A stretch of 64,000 bases of DNA from Octopus sinensis (GCF_006345805.1 NC_043003.1:36270001-36334000), one strand, 5' to 3'; counted from the stretch's first letter, positions 28,472 through 43,353 are shown. Numbers and translations are program-made. The notes: generated by a model from the sequence alone, not told the origin.

Positions 28472-30230
28472 TTAGGCAAATGTGTGAACGAATACAAGAC
28501 AATTTTTCTAATCCTCTAAGTTTTCTGCTACTCTTACGACATTTATCTGTCATGAAATGTATTGATACCAGTGTCGTGGAATGATTACTAAGTGAAATCG
28601 AAACTGAGTCCTAAATATGGCAAACAGGGACATTAACACTTTACTACGTAGCCCTCCATCTAACTACGTCTTTATTAATATTCATTGAACCAACAAAGAA
28701 AGAAAAGTAAAAAAACAACAACCTGAATTGAATTAAAGAAAACAAATCAATAATATTTGTTCACAATGTATTAACTTGGAAAAAAGAGATCTATATCTTT
28801 AGGTTTAATTAGAAGGAGCTGTGCAAGAATATAAATTAGAATAGCAAGTGATATAATTCTGTAATTTTCTCGACCAACTGCTGGTTTTCGAAATTTGTCT
28901 TCACTTCAAGTGCAAAGGGGTTAGATTTACGAAAAAGAAAATGCCTAACATAGTTATGGAAATACCAATTTAGTTGCCATTACTTCTGCAAGCGATTAAT
29001 AAATCAACACCAACGATAATAATGAAGAATGAATATTTAAAATACTTTAAAATTTTAATAACCACGCCAACGGAGCCGTATTGATTTGATTATGTAAGAT
29101 ATGGTTCTGTTCTATATTGAGAATTATGGAACAAATTTAGTACGATCTCACAATATTCATACATTTCTATTTTATTTGACAAAATTTTAATGTATTCCTA
29201 TTTCGTTATAGGACAAATTTTAAAATAAGATACGCGTGAAAGATTTTTGTGAGTGTATGTGTATGCTGAAAATGAATGTGCCACAGCCTCTTCGACAAAA
29301 CGGAGTCAGTTGTTCCTCCAGATAATGGACCTCTTCAGAATATACGAGTAAGTGAGCATTCCACAAACACGTGTAAATTTAAGCAATTCTCATAATCAGG
29401 ATCAGCGAGTGTGTGACAAAGCTGTGCCTTTTGAGTTACAAGTACTATCATCCTGTGTGCTTCTATAAAGATTCGGACTCCCTGGATTTAGACAGAGATG
29501 ATTGACTTTCGAACCGACGATGTCCTGATTACGAAGCAAACTTGAAGTTGATCCAAGTTACGGACGTCCTGCAAGTGCCACCAACGAAGGAAAATTGCTA
29601 ATTTTCACCAAATTGTGATGTATAATTAACTTTAAATCTGGCTATCAAATTTAAATGTAATATTCAATGCTATTAGCATATCCCGTGAGAGAACCGAGAA
29701 TATTCTATACAGTCACCTTGGCATGATAAAGCTCTCTATTGGATAGGTTCCAGGACCTCTGACTCCTGATTAAAATGCGCCAGGCTGATCACATCTCAGC
29801 AAAATATGCAGGTCCTGTTAGTTTCCTTGGAAGTTTCCTAACCGAATGTTAGTTTCATCACTTTGAGTCAGGAACAAATAGACAATCCTTACAGTGGACA
29901 CACGCCACCTCGCTTTTTGGTCACATACTATGATATACGATGAGAACTCCGATAGAATCAGGTACTTGAAAAGGTATGCACCAAGTAAGATTGGGTAATG
30001 TCTGTGGTTCTAACCTATGGATGGTGAGAGACAAAATTTCAGATAGTATATTTCGGTTGTGTACACAGAGAAAACCAACCCTATGAATATTCAACGGCTA
30101 AGGCGCTAGTCCAAATTACGCATAACTTTGAATAGTACGATGTTGGTATACACTAGGTTATCTGACAATTTGTAAATCCCTTGGTACATTGTAAATCTCT
30201 TGGTATATTGTAATCAAATGAATAATAAAT

Positions 30231-30376
30231 TAGGCGCAGGAGTAGCTGTGCGGTACGTGGCTTGATAATCAACCATATGGTTCCAGGTTCAGTCCCATCA
30301 CATTGCACATAGGGAAAGTGTCTTCTACTATATCATCAGGCCGACCAAAGACTTGTGAGTGAATTTGATAGACGTA
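30231..30376 (+). mobile_element. SINE family B head, ending at its microsatellite where the Penelope-like element begins
   Basis: GGCGCAGGAGTAGCTGTGCGGT...GGTTCAGTCCC...GGCCGACCAAAGACTTGTGAGTGAATTTG. Confidence 0.7.
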
Positions 30377-30409
30377 TGAATGTGTATGTATGTATATATG
30401 TATGCATAT

Positions 30410-30445
<36 letters not shown>

Positions 30446-30447
<2 letters not shown>

Positions 30448-32147
30448 CTCACTTACGGATAATGAAAGAGACTACATTACCAATTTCGAACCAAAACCCA
30501 GCAACATCTACGGCTTACCGAAAATACATAAATCAAAAGAGATTCAACAGGCAGTAAAAGAACAAGAAAGTGAGTACATAAAATTACTACATCCAAAAGA
30601 CCTAAAACTTAGACCTATTATAGCTGGTCCAGCATGCCCTACCCACCGTCTAAGCAATTTTATTGACATTGTTTTGAAAACACTATGTACTTACATACCC
30701 AGTTTCATCAGGGATGACATCGACTTCCTGTCCCATCTTCCCAAAACAACAGAAACAAATTAAGTTTTACTAAGTTTTGATGTGGTAAGCCTCTACACCA
30801 ATATTCCACACGATTTAGGAATAAAGGCGATTAAATACTGGTTAGAAAAACATAGAGAAGTGACTCCCAGCAGATTCACAGTGCCATTTATATTAGACAC
30901 AGTCAAACTTATTCTAGAAAACAACACATTCTTCTTCAATGGAAAGAATTACATCCAAATTAGAGGCACGGCGATGGGAACGAGGTTTGCTCCCGTTTAC
31001 GCCAACTCTGTAATGGGATACTTAGAACAACAACTCTACCAAGAGGTGGAGGTAAACTATGGCACTGGATTTAGAAAGTATATTGAAAAGGCATGGAAGA
31101 GATACCTAGACGACTGCTTCATAATCTGGACAGAATCTCTAAATACTCTGGAAGAGTTCAATATCCTCCTGAACAACCTACACTCATCTCTCCAATTTAC
31201 AAAGGAGATGAGTAGTACCAAATTACCATTCCTAGATATAATGGTAATTAAAAAAGACACCACCATCACCACAGGTATATACTATAAACACACAGACACA
31301 CATCAATACCTAAATTTTAAGTCGTGCCATCCACCACACAAAAAGTAACATCCCATACTGCCTAGCCAGAAGAATTTGTACCATTGTAGAAGATGCAAAT
31401 ATCAGGAACAAACGCCTAATAGAACTAAGAGAATTTTTGCTCAAACAAAAATACCCATCTCTACTTATAGAAAAGGGCATACAACGGGCTATAAAAATAC
31501 CCATACAACAACTTAGGACAACCCAAGGAAGAGGAAAACAAGAACAAGTCATACCATTCATAGTGACACACAACCCATGTCACCAGAATATCTTCAACAT
31601 TGCCAAAGCAAACCTACCAATCATTGCCCAAAGTAATGAATTAAAAGATATAATCACGGATCGAGCTATGGTGCTTAGTAAAAGACAGCCTAAAAACTTG
31701 AAAACATTACTAACAAAGGCAAAATTTGACCTTAGCAACAAAGACCAAACATTCACTGTATCTAAATGCAATGATAGCCGATGTGGCACGTGCCAATTCA
31801 TACATACCGGCCAATATATAAATACAAAAACCGGGAAAATATTCACAAACGCGAATATGAACTGCAAAAGCAGAAATTTAATTTACTGCATCAAATGCCC
31901 AAATTGTGAAGAAATATATGTAGGTCAGACGGCAAATGCACTATCAGAACGCTCACGTGTACACCGGCAACAGATTAGAGACCCAGAGGTCCGTCAGATA
32001 CCTTTGAGTAACCACCTATCAACATGTGGCCGGAAAATGTATATAATATTTCCGTTCTACAAATTACACAGCCCAAGTGAAATCGAGAGGAAAATCAGAG
32101 AAAAGAATTTTATTGATAAATTCAAACCCAAGCTAAATAAGCAATAA
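30446..32147 (+). pseudogene. Penelope-like retroelement ORF (RT plus GIY-YIG endonuclease), 5'-truncated
   Basis: RPII, SFDVVSLYTNIPH, GTAMGTRFAPVYAN, RYLDD and LPFLDI RT motifs; CNDSRCGTC linker; NLIYCIKCPNCEEIYVGQT (GIY-YIG). In-frame stop at 30761-30763 and a frameshift in the A-run near 31340. Confidence 0.92.
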
Positions 32148-32846
32148 TAATAATACTTAGAGGTACTACTTCTACTGCTACGACCATGACCAAAAACAAC
32201 AACAACAATACTAAAGGTGATCAAGATGAAGATAGCAGGAAAATTATCTTATTTAGAGTTAAAAGTTCTATTGCCACCACCATCACCACAAGCAACAATA
32301 ATTAAGGTGCTGACAATGATAATGATGATAATTGAAATATAAAAATATAAAAATCTCTGACAAAGGCTATTTACAACATTTCTAAAAATAACCCAACAAT
32401 TGCTGCTTCGGCCAGGGTCAAGATACAGGACTCTTGACATGTCCAACAAAGCGTGACGCCTAAACCAATCAGCTCAACCAACCAATCAGCTTAAGTAATT
32501 GAGTGATACTACACACTGATTGGTCAGAATACAGTTTGCAAAACCTAGCACTCTGGAGCCTACCCAGCTGTATTTATGGCACTGAATCAATCATCTTGGT
32601 ACAGTCAAAATTGTGAAGCATGACTGTCACCACTACTACATGAACCCGAATATTGCAGAATTTAATGCATGAAAGTACTAGTTCAATCAGAATGAACATT
32701 TAACATTCTACTATTTTATTTTATTTTATTCTATTATAATATATTATCTTATAATATATCATTATAAGATTGTAAATAAAACGTGAAAATCAGACAAGGT
32801 TGGAATTCCTTTTATTAATATATTCTTCTATACACAATCACCCCCC

Positions 32847-32945
<99 letters not shown>

Positions 32946-32947
32946 AT

Positions 32948-33223
32948 ATAATAGTTATCGCCATACTAATATGGCATTCTTATAAAAATAAGAAAAAAGC
33001 TGTCCGCTTATTAGCTCCATGAGGCCATCGCCTTAAGTTACCTATTTGATACACAAACTGTATCCATATAACCTTCGAACAAGGGAGGTCAGTCGCTCCA
33101 CACTACTTGACCGGCAGCTACAGACGCGTTTCGGGGTATTGCCCCTTTCCATGGAGCTAATAAGCGGACAGCTTTTTTCTTATTTTTATAAGAATGCCAT
33201 ATTAGTATGGCGATAACTATTAT
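32948..33223. repeat. Perfect 74-bp inverted repeat (32948-33021 / 33150-33223) with a 128-bp spacer
   Basis: Arms checked base by base. The minus strand of the spacer has GGGG-CAATA-CCCC-GAAAC-GC-GTC, the 3' half of a hammerhead. Confidence 0.92.
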
Positions 33224-33283
33224 TTTCCGGGAACGCTGCCGCTGTTCTCTTTTAGAGAGACTTAGTTATTTTAATATTTCTAT

Positions 33284-33338
<55 letters not shown>

Positions 33339-33532
33339 CATATACATATATATATATATATCAGAATCAGTTACCAGTAGGTGCAGTACATTATTCCTAT
33401 TAAAGACTGTAAAAGAAGAGTGTATACACTCTTTAATACATAATACATATACATACATACATACATATATACATATATATGTACGTACGTATGCACATGT
33501 GTGTATAAATAAGTAGATGCATGGACACACAT

Positions 33533-33596
<64 letters not shown>

Positions 33597-34237
33597 TATA
33601 TATATACATACACACACACGGAGAGATTGAGAGGGACATTAGATGATATCCAGAGATGCTCAATATACAAAACATAGGATTTGTACTCTGGAATCCTTAC
33701 ATATATTATATGTTGATTCGCCGAAAAGTGAAAAAGTATGGAACTCAATATAGAGTTCCTGTTTTTGTGATGTGTATGTAGCCGTGTACATTTATGTGCA
33801 TGCATGTATGTAAAATCTAAGCAATTTTTTTAAATTCAAAGAAACTTTGTCTGCTATATTAATTCCGTAAAGAATGTTGTTTATCATTTAGAAATGGTAT
33901 ATACTAAATTATCAATTTAAGATAATTTACATCGCACCGTATTCGTAGAACAGTTAGTAATTGGCTAAGGAAGTAATTTCTAAAAACTTATTAATTAGTG
34001 TTTTGTAACATTACACTATATATTCATATATGAATAATACTTGAGTATCATAATATCTATTATTTAAACCAAATCATTTTAATATGAATGTGAATCTTAC
34101 GTGTAACACTCTACAGCGACAAATATATCTAAGTGATATTAAAAATACGCCGCTGCCTTATTATGATTGTTCTAACGCCATAGTTTTACTTTCTGTTTTT
34201 CTAGAAGAATCTTCTTTGTTTTAGGTATATCTATAAA

Positions 34238-34310
34238 GACGAAGAGCTCTGCTCGAAACGTTAAATCCTCCTTCTTTCTTATTGTTTCGAGCGGAGCTCT
34301 TCATCAAAAA
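34238..34310. ncRNA. Two degenerate minimal hammerhead-like cores in opposite orientation
   Basis: Plus: GACGAA-GAGC-TCT-GCTC-GAAAC-GTT. Minus: TTGATGAA-GAGC-TCC-GCTC-GAAAC. Confidence 0.55.
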
Positions 34311-34390
34311 CTTAGGAAAAGGAAAGATCCAAGGAAGGGTAGATGGAGGGAAAAAATCGCCAATGATACACACGTGGTCACATACTGAGT

Positions 34391-34460
34391 GGATAGATAG
34401 ATAGATAGTTGGATATATAGATAGATAGATATATAGATAGATAGATAGATAGATAGATAT

Positions 34461-34541
<81 letters not shown>

Positions 34542-34545
34542 CAGA
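34391..34545. repeat. (GATA)n array
   Basis: Visible directly in the sequence. Confidence 0.95.
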
Positions 34546-35610
34546 TATTTATACACTCTTGCGTGTGTGTATGAGAATTACAACTATACGTTGTGTCTAT
34601 ATCCACAGTGTTAAGACTACCAGCCCGAATTTAGCTTGTTGACGATTAAAGGTATCAGCAATCTTGACATAAAGGGTCGAAATTTCTAAACTTTCCTCAC
34701 CAGCACAAACCTATGGAAGTCAATGCTTCTTTTTTCTTTTAAGTTTGTTTTATTGTTTAAGTGTTACATATATATTTTCACTCTACTGAAGTTCTTCAGT
34801 AACGGTCACAACATATACAGTCATTTTCATGCCGCTATATACTTATGTACTTACGCACTAAGAATCCTACTTAAGAAATTTCCCCTTCCGCACGCCTAGT
34901 CTTAACACCTTTATCACTATCTACGCAATGCATCGTTATTTCTCCCTTTCAGTCACATTTCACTTTTCGCCATTCTTTCCCTCTTAATTATTTCTATTCC
35001 TTTTTTTCCTTTCTCTCCCGCTATCATTCCCCACTTCTCCTTCAGATTACAAGTCTCAATTTTCTCACGGTATTTCTTGATTTTCTTCTCATACAGTATT
35101 AATTGTCTCCTTTTCTCTCTTGGTACACTCAGATACAATATTTCCCAATGACTTTTGTTCCAATAACTATTTTTGATGCAATTTATCCTTTTCCCAAAGT
35201 TGATGCTATATAATTTTGGTCTTTGACTTTCGACGAAAATTTCAATATTACAGATTCCAATGTTTTAGTGGTAGACACTTAAATATATGTAATTTTCGTA
35301 TCCTTTAGGTTGAGTGCTTTGCCTCTACGATATTTCACATTGCTGTTGTTTTTTCTTTCGTTTTACTATTTCGGGTGAAATGTGGATGCCATCCATACCT
35401 AAGATTTATACTTACATATGTGTATACACACACACATACAGATGTATATATATATATTTATATGTATACATATGTTTATATATATTTATATATGTATATG
35501 TATATATATATATGTATGTATGTGTGTATGTATATATGCATTTATATAGTATGTATATATGTATTTATATATTTGTGTTGGTCTCGGTCTGTCTCTCCTA
35601 TTTTTTTTCT

Positions 35611-37801
<2,191 letters not shown>

Positions 37802-37815
37802 ATATATATATATAG

Positions 37816-37922
37816 TTAATCGAAACAAGAAAACACAAAAGCAACACAACAACGCGAGGACGTGGAACAAATATAGTATTATTGGATGCTCAGGAAAGAA
37901 GGGTTTAACGTTTCGAGCGGAG
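37816..37922 (-). mobile_element. Short repeat of the same family as the 34238 motif, truncated within hammerhead stem II
   Basis: Reverse complement CTCCGCTCGAAACGTTAAACCC matches GCTCGAAACGTTAAATCC at 34251. Confidence 0.55.
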
Positions 37923-37928
37923 ATATAT

Positions 37929-38000
<72 letters not shown>

Positions 38001-39074
38001 ATGATTTGCGGTCTGCTACATCATGCAGGTATATATTTACGTACACACACAAACATACACACACACAAACACACACACACACACATAAATTAGATATGTG
38101 TGTGTGTCTACGTAAATATATATGTGCGTAAATATATACACTCACACATAAATAAGTAGATGTGTGTGCGTGTGTACTTGTGTGTGTATATGTGTGTTTG
38201 TGTGTGTGTGTGTGCGTGTAAATATATATGTGCGTGATGTAGCAGATCGCAGATCATGCAAAATATTTTATACTCGGACGATATATCACAGAAATTCAAC
38301 TCTTTGAAATATAGAAGTTGTAGATATAATGAATTTTATCACCAAAACTTTTTCGACATAATCATAAAATATTATTTTCTTTTACATAGATTCATATATT
38401 TGTCCATCATTACATTGCTATTCTTATTATTTCTTCTAGCCAAGATATATCGATTTTAATCAAGAAATATGTAACCTATTTGTTGTAAACTGAAGTAATA
38501 ACGAAAAGTAAAAATAGTCGCACTTTAAATAACATGTAAGCTATAATGTTCAGAAGGATGCGTTTCTGTTCTTTTATTTTTTTTTTCAATATTTCTGTTA
38601 GTTTTACCAATTTTAATCATCACTTTATGTTCTTGATTTTGTTGTTTAATCTATATTCGCTTCTTGTTATTTGCTTCTTTGTTTATTTGAATTTCAAAGC
38701 TAAAATTAGCATCAGCATTTATTCCGAACTTGTGTTGAGGGATAATTAAATATGAGAAAGTCGAGAATGATGAAACAAATAAACAAGGAAGCCCAAAAAA
38801 TAATAAATAAACATACAAAGAAAACGATACTCTAGAGCAAAAACAGGGAATGCATATATTGTTTTTTGTTTCGATTTTTGTTTTGTTTACATATTCCGTT
38901 TAAATGAAATTTCCTTTTCTTTTTTTTTATTTCATTCAGCACAATTATTTTGCATTATGATATTAATTTTTAAAGTTTAATAAATGTAAAAAATGCAATA
39001 AAGCGTCAAGTCAACAACACAAAAATGTCTCGCTCTTACTTGGTCCAAATGCACTAATTACAACTAGAGAGTAA

Positions 39075-39121
39075 GTTATCTATTATCATTATTATTTTTA
39101 TTGTTATTATTATTATTATTA

Positions 39122-39164
<43 letters not shown>

Positions 39165-39252
39165 GAATGAGAGAGCAGTGCATGCCATTATTATTATTAT
39201 TATTATTATTATCATCATCATTGTTAATATTATTATTATTATATTATTATTA

Positions 39253-39293
<41 letters not shown>

Positions 39294-39318
39294 CATCATC
39301 ATTGTTAATATTATTATA

Positions 39319-39350
<32 letters not shown>

Positions 39351-39406
39351 CATTAGTAGTAGTAGTAGTAGTAGTAGTTGTTGTAGTAGTAGTAGTAGTA
39401 GTAGTA

Positions 39407-39450
<44 letters not shown>
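39075..39450. repeat. Compound (ATT)n/(AGT)n microsatellite containing a 20-nt end of repeat X
   Basis: GAGAGAGCAGTGCATGCCAT near 39170 matches about 41512-41532. Confidence 0.9.
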
Positions 39451-39452
<2 letters not shown>

Positions 39453-39888
39453 TTCTCCATTGCGTACTTTTCACAGTCACGAGCGAGTACATTTCAATGT
39501 CATTTGAGTACGAGCAATGTTCTGTTTTGGTTTGTCGCTTTCTATTGTAGGAAAATTACTCGACTTTAAATGTGTGTGATGCTACTTGTGATAGTTTATA
39601 CATGAATTTGTGTACCTCCTCGAAGAATTATATGTAATATGCTGCAGAACTAGCCGGTGGTGCTACTTTCTGAATGTTATGCAAATATGTATGTCCAAAT
39701 GTATGTTACGTCATATCTTTGGGGTTCCTACTAGTAATATTTCTACCTATTGTGTACATGCGCAAGTCATTTAGATTTAGTTATATATAATCATATCAAA
39801 GAAGTTATTCTTACAGATTTTTTAGTCCAGTCGACAATTAGTTTAATTCACTTTCCTGAAAATTATTATTATTATTATTATTATTATT

Positions 39889-41380
39889 CAGTAGTTTTAT
39901 TTTTATAGCGTGCTTTCACTTCACTACCGAGCGCAGCTGTGTGCCTTGAGTATGTGCTGTGATTTGTTGTGATGCTCTGATGGTTATTGTATGGAAAGTG
40001 TTCTGCGTAGGATGTGTGCAGTGCCTAGTAGTGCAATTTTCTGTATGTTATATGTGTTTGTAAGTCCTGGTGTTTTTGTTATGTATTTGTCTGAATATTT
40101 TTTTATCATGCCTAATGCACCTACTATGATAGGAATTGTTTCTGTTTTCAGATTCCACATTCTAGTTACCTCTATTTCCAGGTCTTTGTATTTTGAGAGT
40201 TTCTCCATTTCTTTTAGAGACACGTTGTCATCAGCCGGTATTGATACATCAATTAGAAAGCATTTTTTTTCTTCATGGTCTCTGATAACTATATCTGGTC
40301 TGTTGGCCTTAATTTCTCTATCTGTGTGTATCGGCATATCCCAGAGTATGGTTGCTTTCTCGTTTTCTGTGACCTTTTCTGGTGTGTGCCTATACCATCT
40401 TTTTTCTGTTGTTATTCCATAATGTTGGCATAGCTTCCAATGTATGTAGGTTCCAACTCTGTCATGTCTGTGAATATATTCCTTCTTAGCCAGGACTGGG
40501 CAGCTAGAGATAATATGATTTATTGTTTCTTGTCCATCTCCACATATTCTGCAGTTACTTGTAATATTTCTTTTCATTACATGTTTTTGGTAATTTCTGG
40601 TGGGGAGGCTTTGGTCTTGTGCTGCAATTAAAAATCCCTCTGTTCTGCTTTGAGTCCTGAGCTTCTCAACCATTGCTGGGATTTTTCTTTGTCTATTTCT
40701 ATTGCGTTTAGTTTAGTGCAGTATTTACCATGAAGGGGCTTTTCTTGCCATCGTTTTATCATGGTTCGTTGCTGTTCTATTTTTAGTTTGGATTTCATTT
40801 GTTTTATAGCTTTTGTTGTTTCTTCATCTTCTTCTTCTTCTTCTTCTTCTTCTTCATGTTTATTAGGTGGTATGATTTCTTGTTTGTATTTGTCAGCTTC
40901 CTTAAATACTGAGAACAGTTTTTTGTTTTGCTCGTGTTTTGCCGCTATCTGGATCAGTTTTCCTTCCTTCTGAAGTAGATATTTTTGCAGTCCTATGGTG
41001 GTTATTTTATAGTAGTTTTCCAGCTGTATAAGGCCTCTACCACCTTCTATACGTTGTATATATAGTCTTTCTATATCATCCTAGATCCTGTCATTATTTT
41101 TCTTGTTTTCCTATCTATTTTGGTCAGTTCATTTCGTGTCCAGTGAAGGATATTGTAGCTGTAACTTATAACTGGGACAGCTAAAGTGTTGATACCTATT
41201 ATCTTGTTTTTAGCATTGAGCTCTGTGTTTATTATTGATCTAACTCGTCTATAATATTCTTTTTTTATTTTCTCTTTCATTTGTGTGTGTTGTGTCTTAT
41301 CTAGTTCATGGATTCCTAAGTATTTGTAAGTTTGGCTTTGGTCTAATTCTTTTATTTCATTGGTTTTATCTAGTGTGATG
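39889..41380 (-). mobile_element. 5'-truncated R4/Dong-like non-LTR retrotransposon (RT C-terminus, CCHC knuckle, restriction-like endonuclease)
   Basis: YKYLG RT motif, EGGRGL, IAAQDQSL, CRICGDGQETINHIISSC, RHD, and RPDIV...LIDVSIP...K..KY. ORF 39984-40673 is uninterrupted. (TAA)n lies on both flanks. Confidence 0.9.
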
Positions 41381-41398
41381 TTATTATTATTATTATTA

Positions 41399-41466
<68 letters not shown>

Positions 41467-41507
41467 GTTATTATTATTATTATTGTTATCATCATTATTA
41501 TTATTAT

Positions 41508-42062
41508 TGAGTGAGAGATCAGTGCATGCCATGAAAGTAACACTGGGGTAAAATATACGAAGCCCAGTATACCCATCATGACTACTCGTCTGATAAGTGT
41601 ACACTAGGCACATGCAACACAATCATATGTGCGCGACATGGTGATCTCACATCGAGATAAACGGCACATGACCTTGCAGGTACGGCCCAGTTAGAATTTT
41701 CTTCTTGTCAAGTAACCCATCCAGCTCAAAAGGTCCGTGAAAATGGGTTGTTTAAGGATGTTGAACGGTACATTCATGTTTCCAGAGATGAATTATTAAA
41801 ACCTCAAAGAATCCCTCTCAACACACGGCTATGATGCTCTTCCACTAATTCTGCTCGTGATCAGAGATGCACATATCGTCAGCCACTAAGAGACATGCTC
41901 AAATAGTTATGGTCAAACAATTGACAAGCAAATCTATAGTATTGTGCGGAATATTTGCTGTCGCCCATATTTTATATCAAGACAAAACACCGTACATGAT
42001 AACACTTCCTATCAGTTAAAATCAGAAGCAACGAGAACTAGTGCCTGGTACTGCATCGGGGC
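41508..42062. mobile_element. Non-coding dispersed repeat X bounded by (ATT)n
   Basis: Partial homologues at about 39170, 22585-22765 and 42775-42860. No coding similarity seen. Confidence 0.7.
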
Positions 42063-42063
42063 A

Positions 42064-42143
<80 letters not shown>

Positions 42144-42151
42144 GTTATTAT

Positions 42152-42487
42152 TATTTACATTATTTATGTTTGACGGATATTTGTCCTCATCTTGTTTGTT
42201 GTTAACATAACCTTTCGTCTGATATACACACCAGCTTTCCTCATGTGTCTTGGGGAAATTGTGAACCTGGTCTCTCATTCCTAAGGTTTTTTCATGTTGT
42301 TATTATTATTATTATTAATAAGGTCACTGCCTGGAATCGAACTTGGAATCTTGAGGTTAGTAGACCACACTCTTAACCACAACGCCATATGAAGACGGGC
42401 ATATGGCGTAGTGGTTAAGAGCGCGGGCTACTAACCCCAAGATTCCGCATTCGATTCCAGGTAGTGACCTTCATGATGATAATAATG

Positions 42488-42563
<76 letters not shown>

Positions 42564-42767
42564 CAACAACATAAAAAAACTTTAGGAATGAAAACCCAGG
42601 TTCAAAATTTCCCCAAGACACCTAATGGATGCTGGAGGGTAAATCAGCCGAAACGTTATGTTAGCAACAAACAAGAGCAGGACAAATATCCGTCAAATAT
42701 AAATAATATAAATAATGTAAATAATGTAAATAATGAACATAATTCCTCAACCCTTAAATATAGAACT
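42152..42767. mobile_element. Palindromic element with two head-to-head arms; each arm is a tRNA-like head, (AAT)n and a degenerate hammerhead segment
   Basis: Centre CGCCATATG-AAGACGGG-CATATGGCG (42383-42408). Heads have A-box TGGCGTAGTGG and B-box-like (G/A)TTCGATTCC. Hammerhead-like segments at about 42205-42255 (-) and 42615-42665 (+). Confidence 0.8.
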
Positions 42768-42914
42768 CTTATACAAACACAAAACAATGTACATGATAAC
42801 ACTTCCAGTCTGTTATGGTCTGAAGCTATGAGAGCCACTAGCTGCTACTGCATCTGGGTTGTTGTTGTTGTTGTTGTTGTTGTTATTATTATTATTATTA
42901 TCATTATTATTATT

Positions 42915-42949
<35 letters not shown>

Positions 42950-43299
42950 TTATTTATTTATTTATTATTATTATCCTTTTTTCGACATGTGTTATAACTC
43001 AGTCATTAAATTCCAAATCGCTATGAAATTTCTGAGTAACTAAAATCTCCGCACTTGCTGCAACATAGGTCATTTGCTTCGACAAATATAGTAATCAATT
43101 GATTGAGTCTCATGAATTCATTAATCAAACACTAAGACAAATCATTTTGCATATGCCATGTACACACACACAAACACACATATATATATAGAGAGAGACA
43201 CGCATTATATATGTGTGTGTGTGTTGTATATCTGCATGTTTTATACACACACGCATATATATATATATATATATATACATATATATATGTATATATATG

Positions 43300-43353
<54 letters not shown>

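Noticed and set aside
34609-34651. AG...GT-bounded 43-nt exon-like segment
   Set aside because: Stop codons occur in all three frames.
42398-42470. Possible functional tRNA gene
   Set aside because: The acceptor and T stems do not pair properly, and the sequence is the head of a multi-copy repeat.
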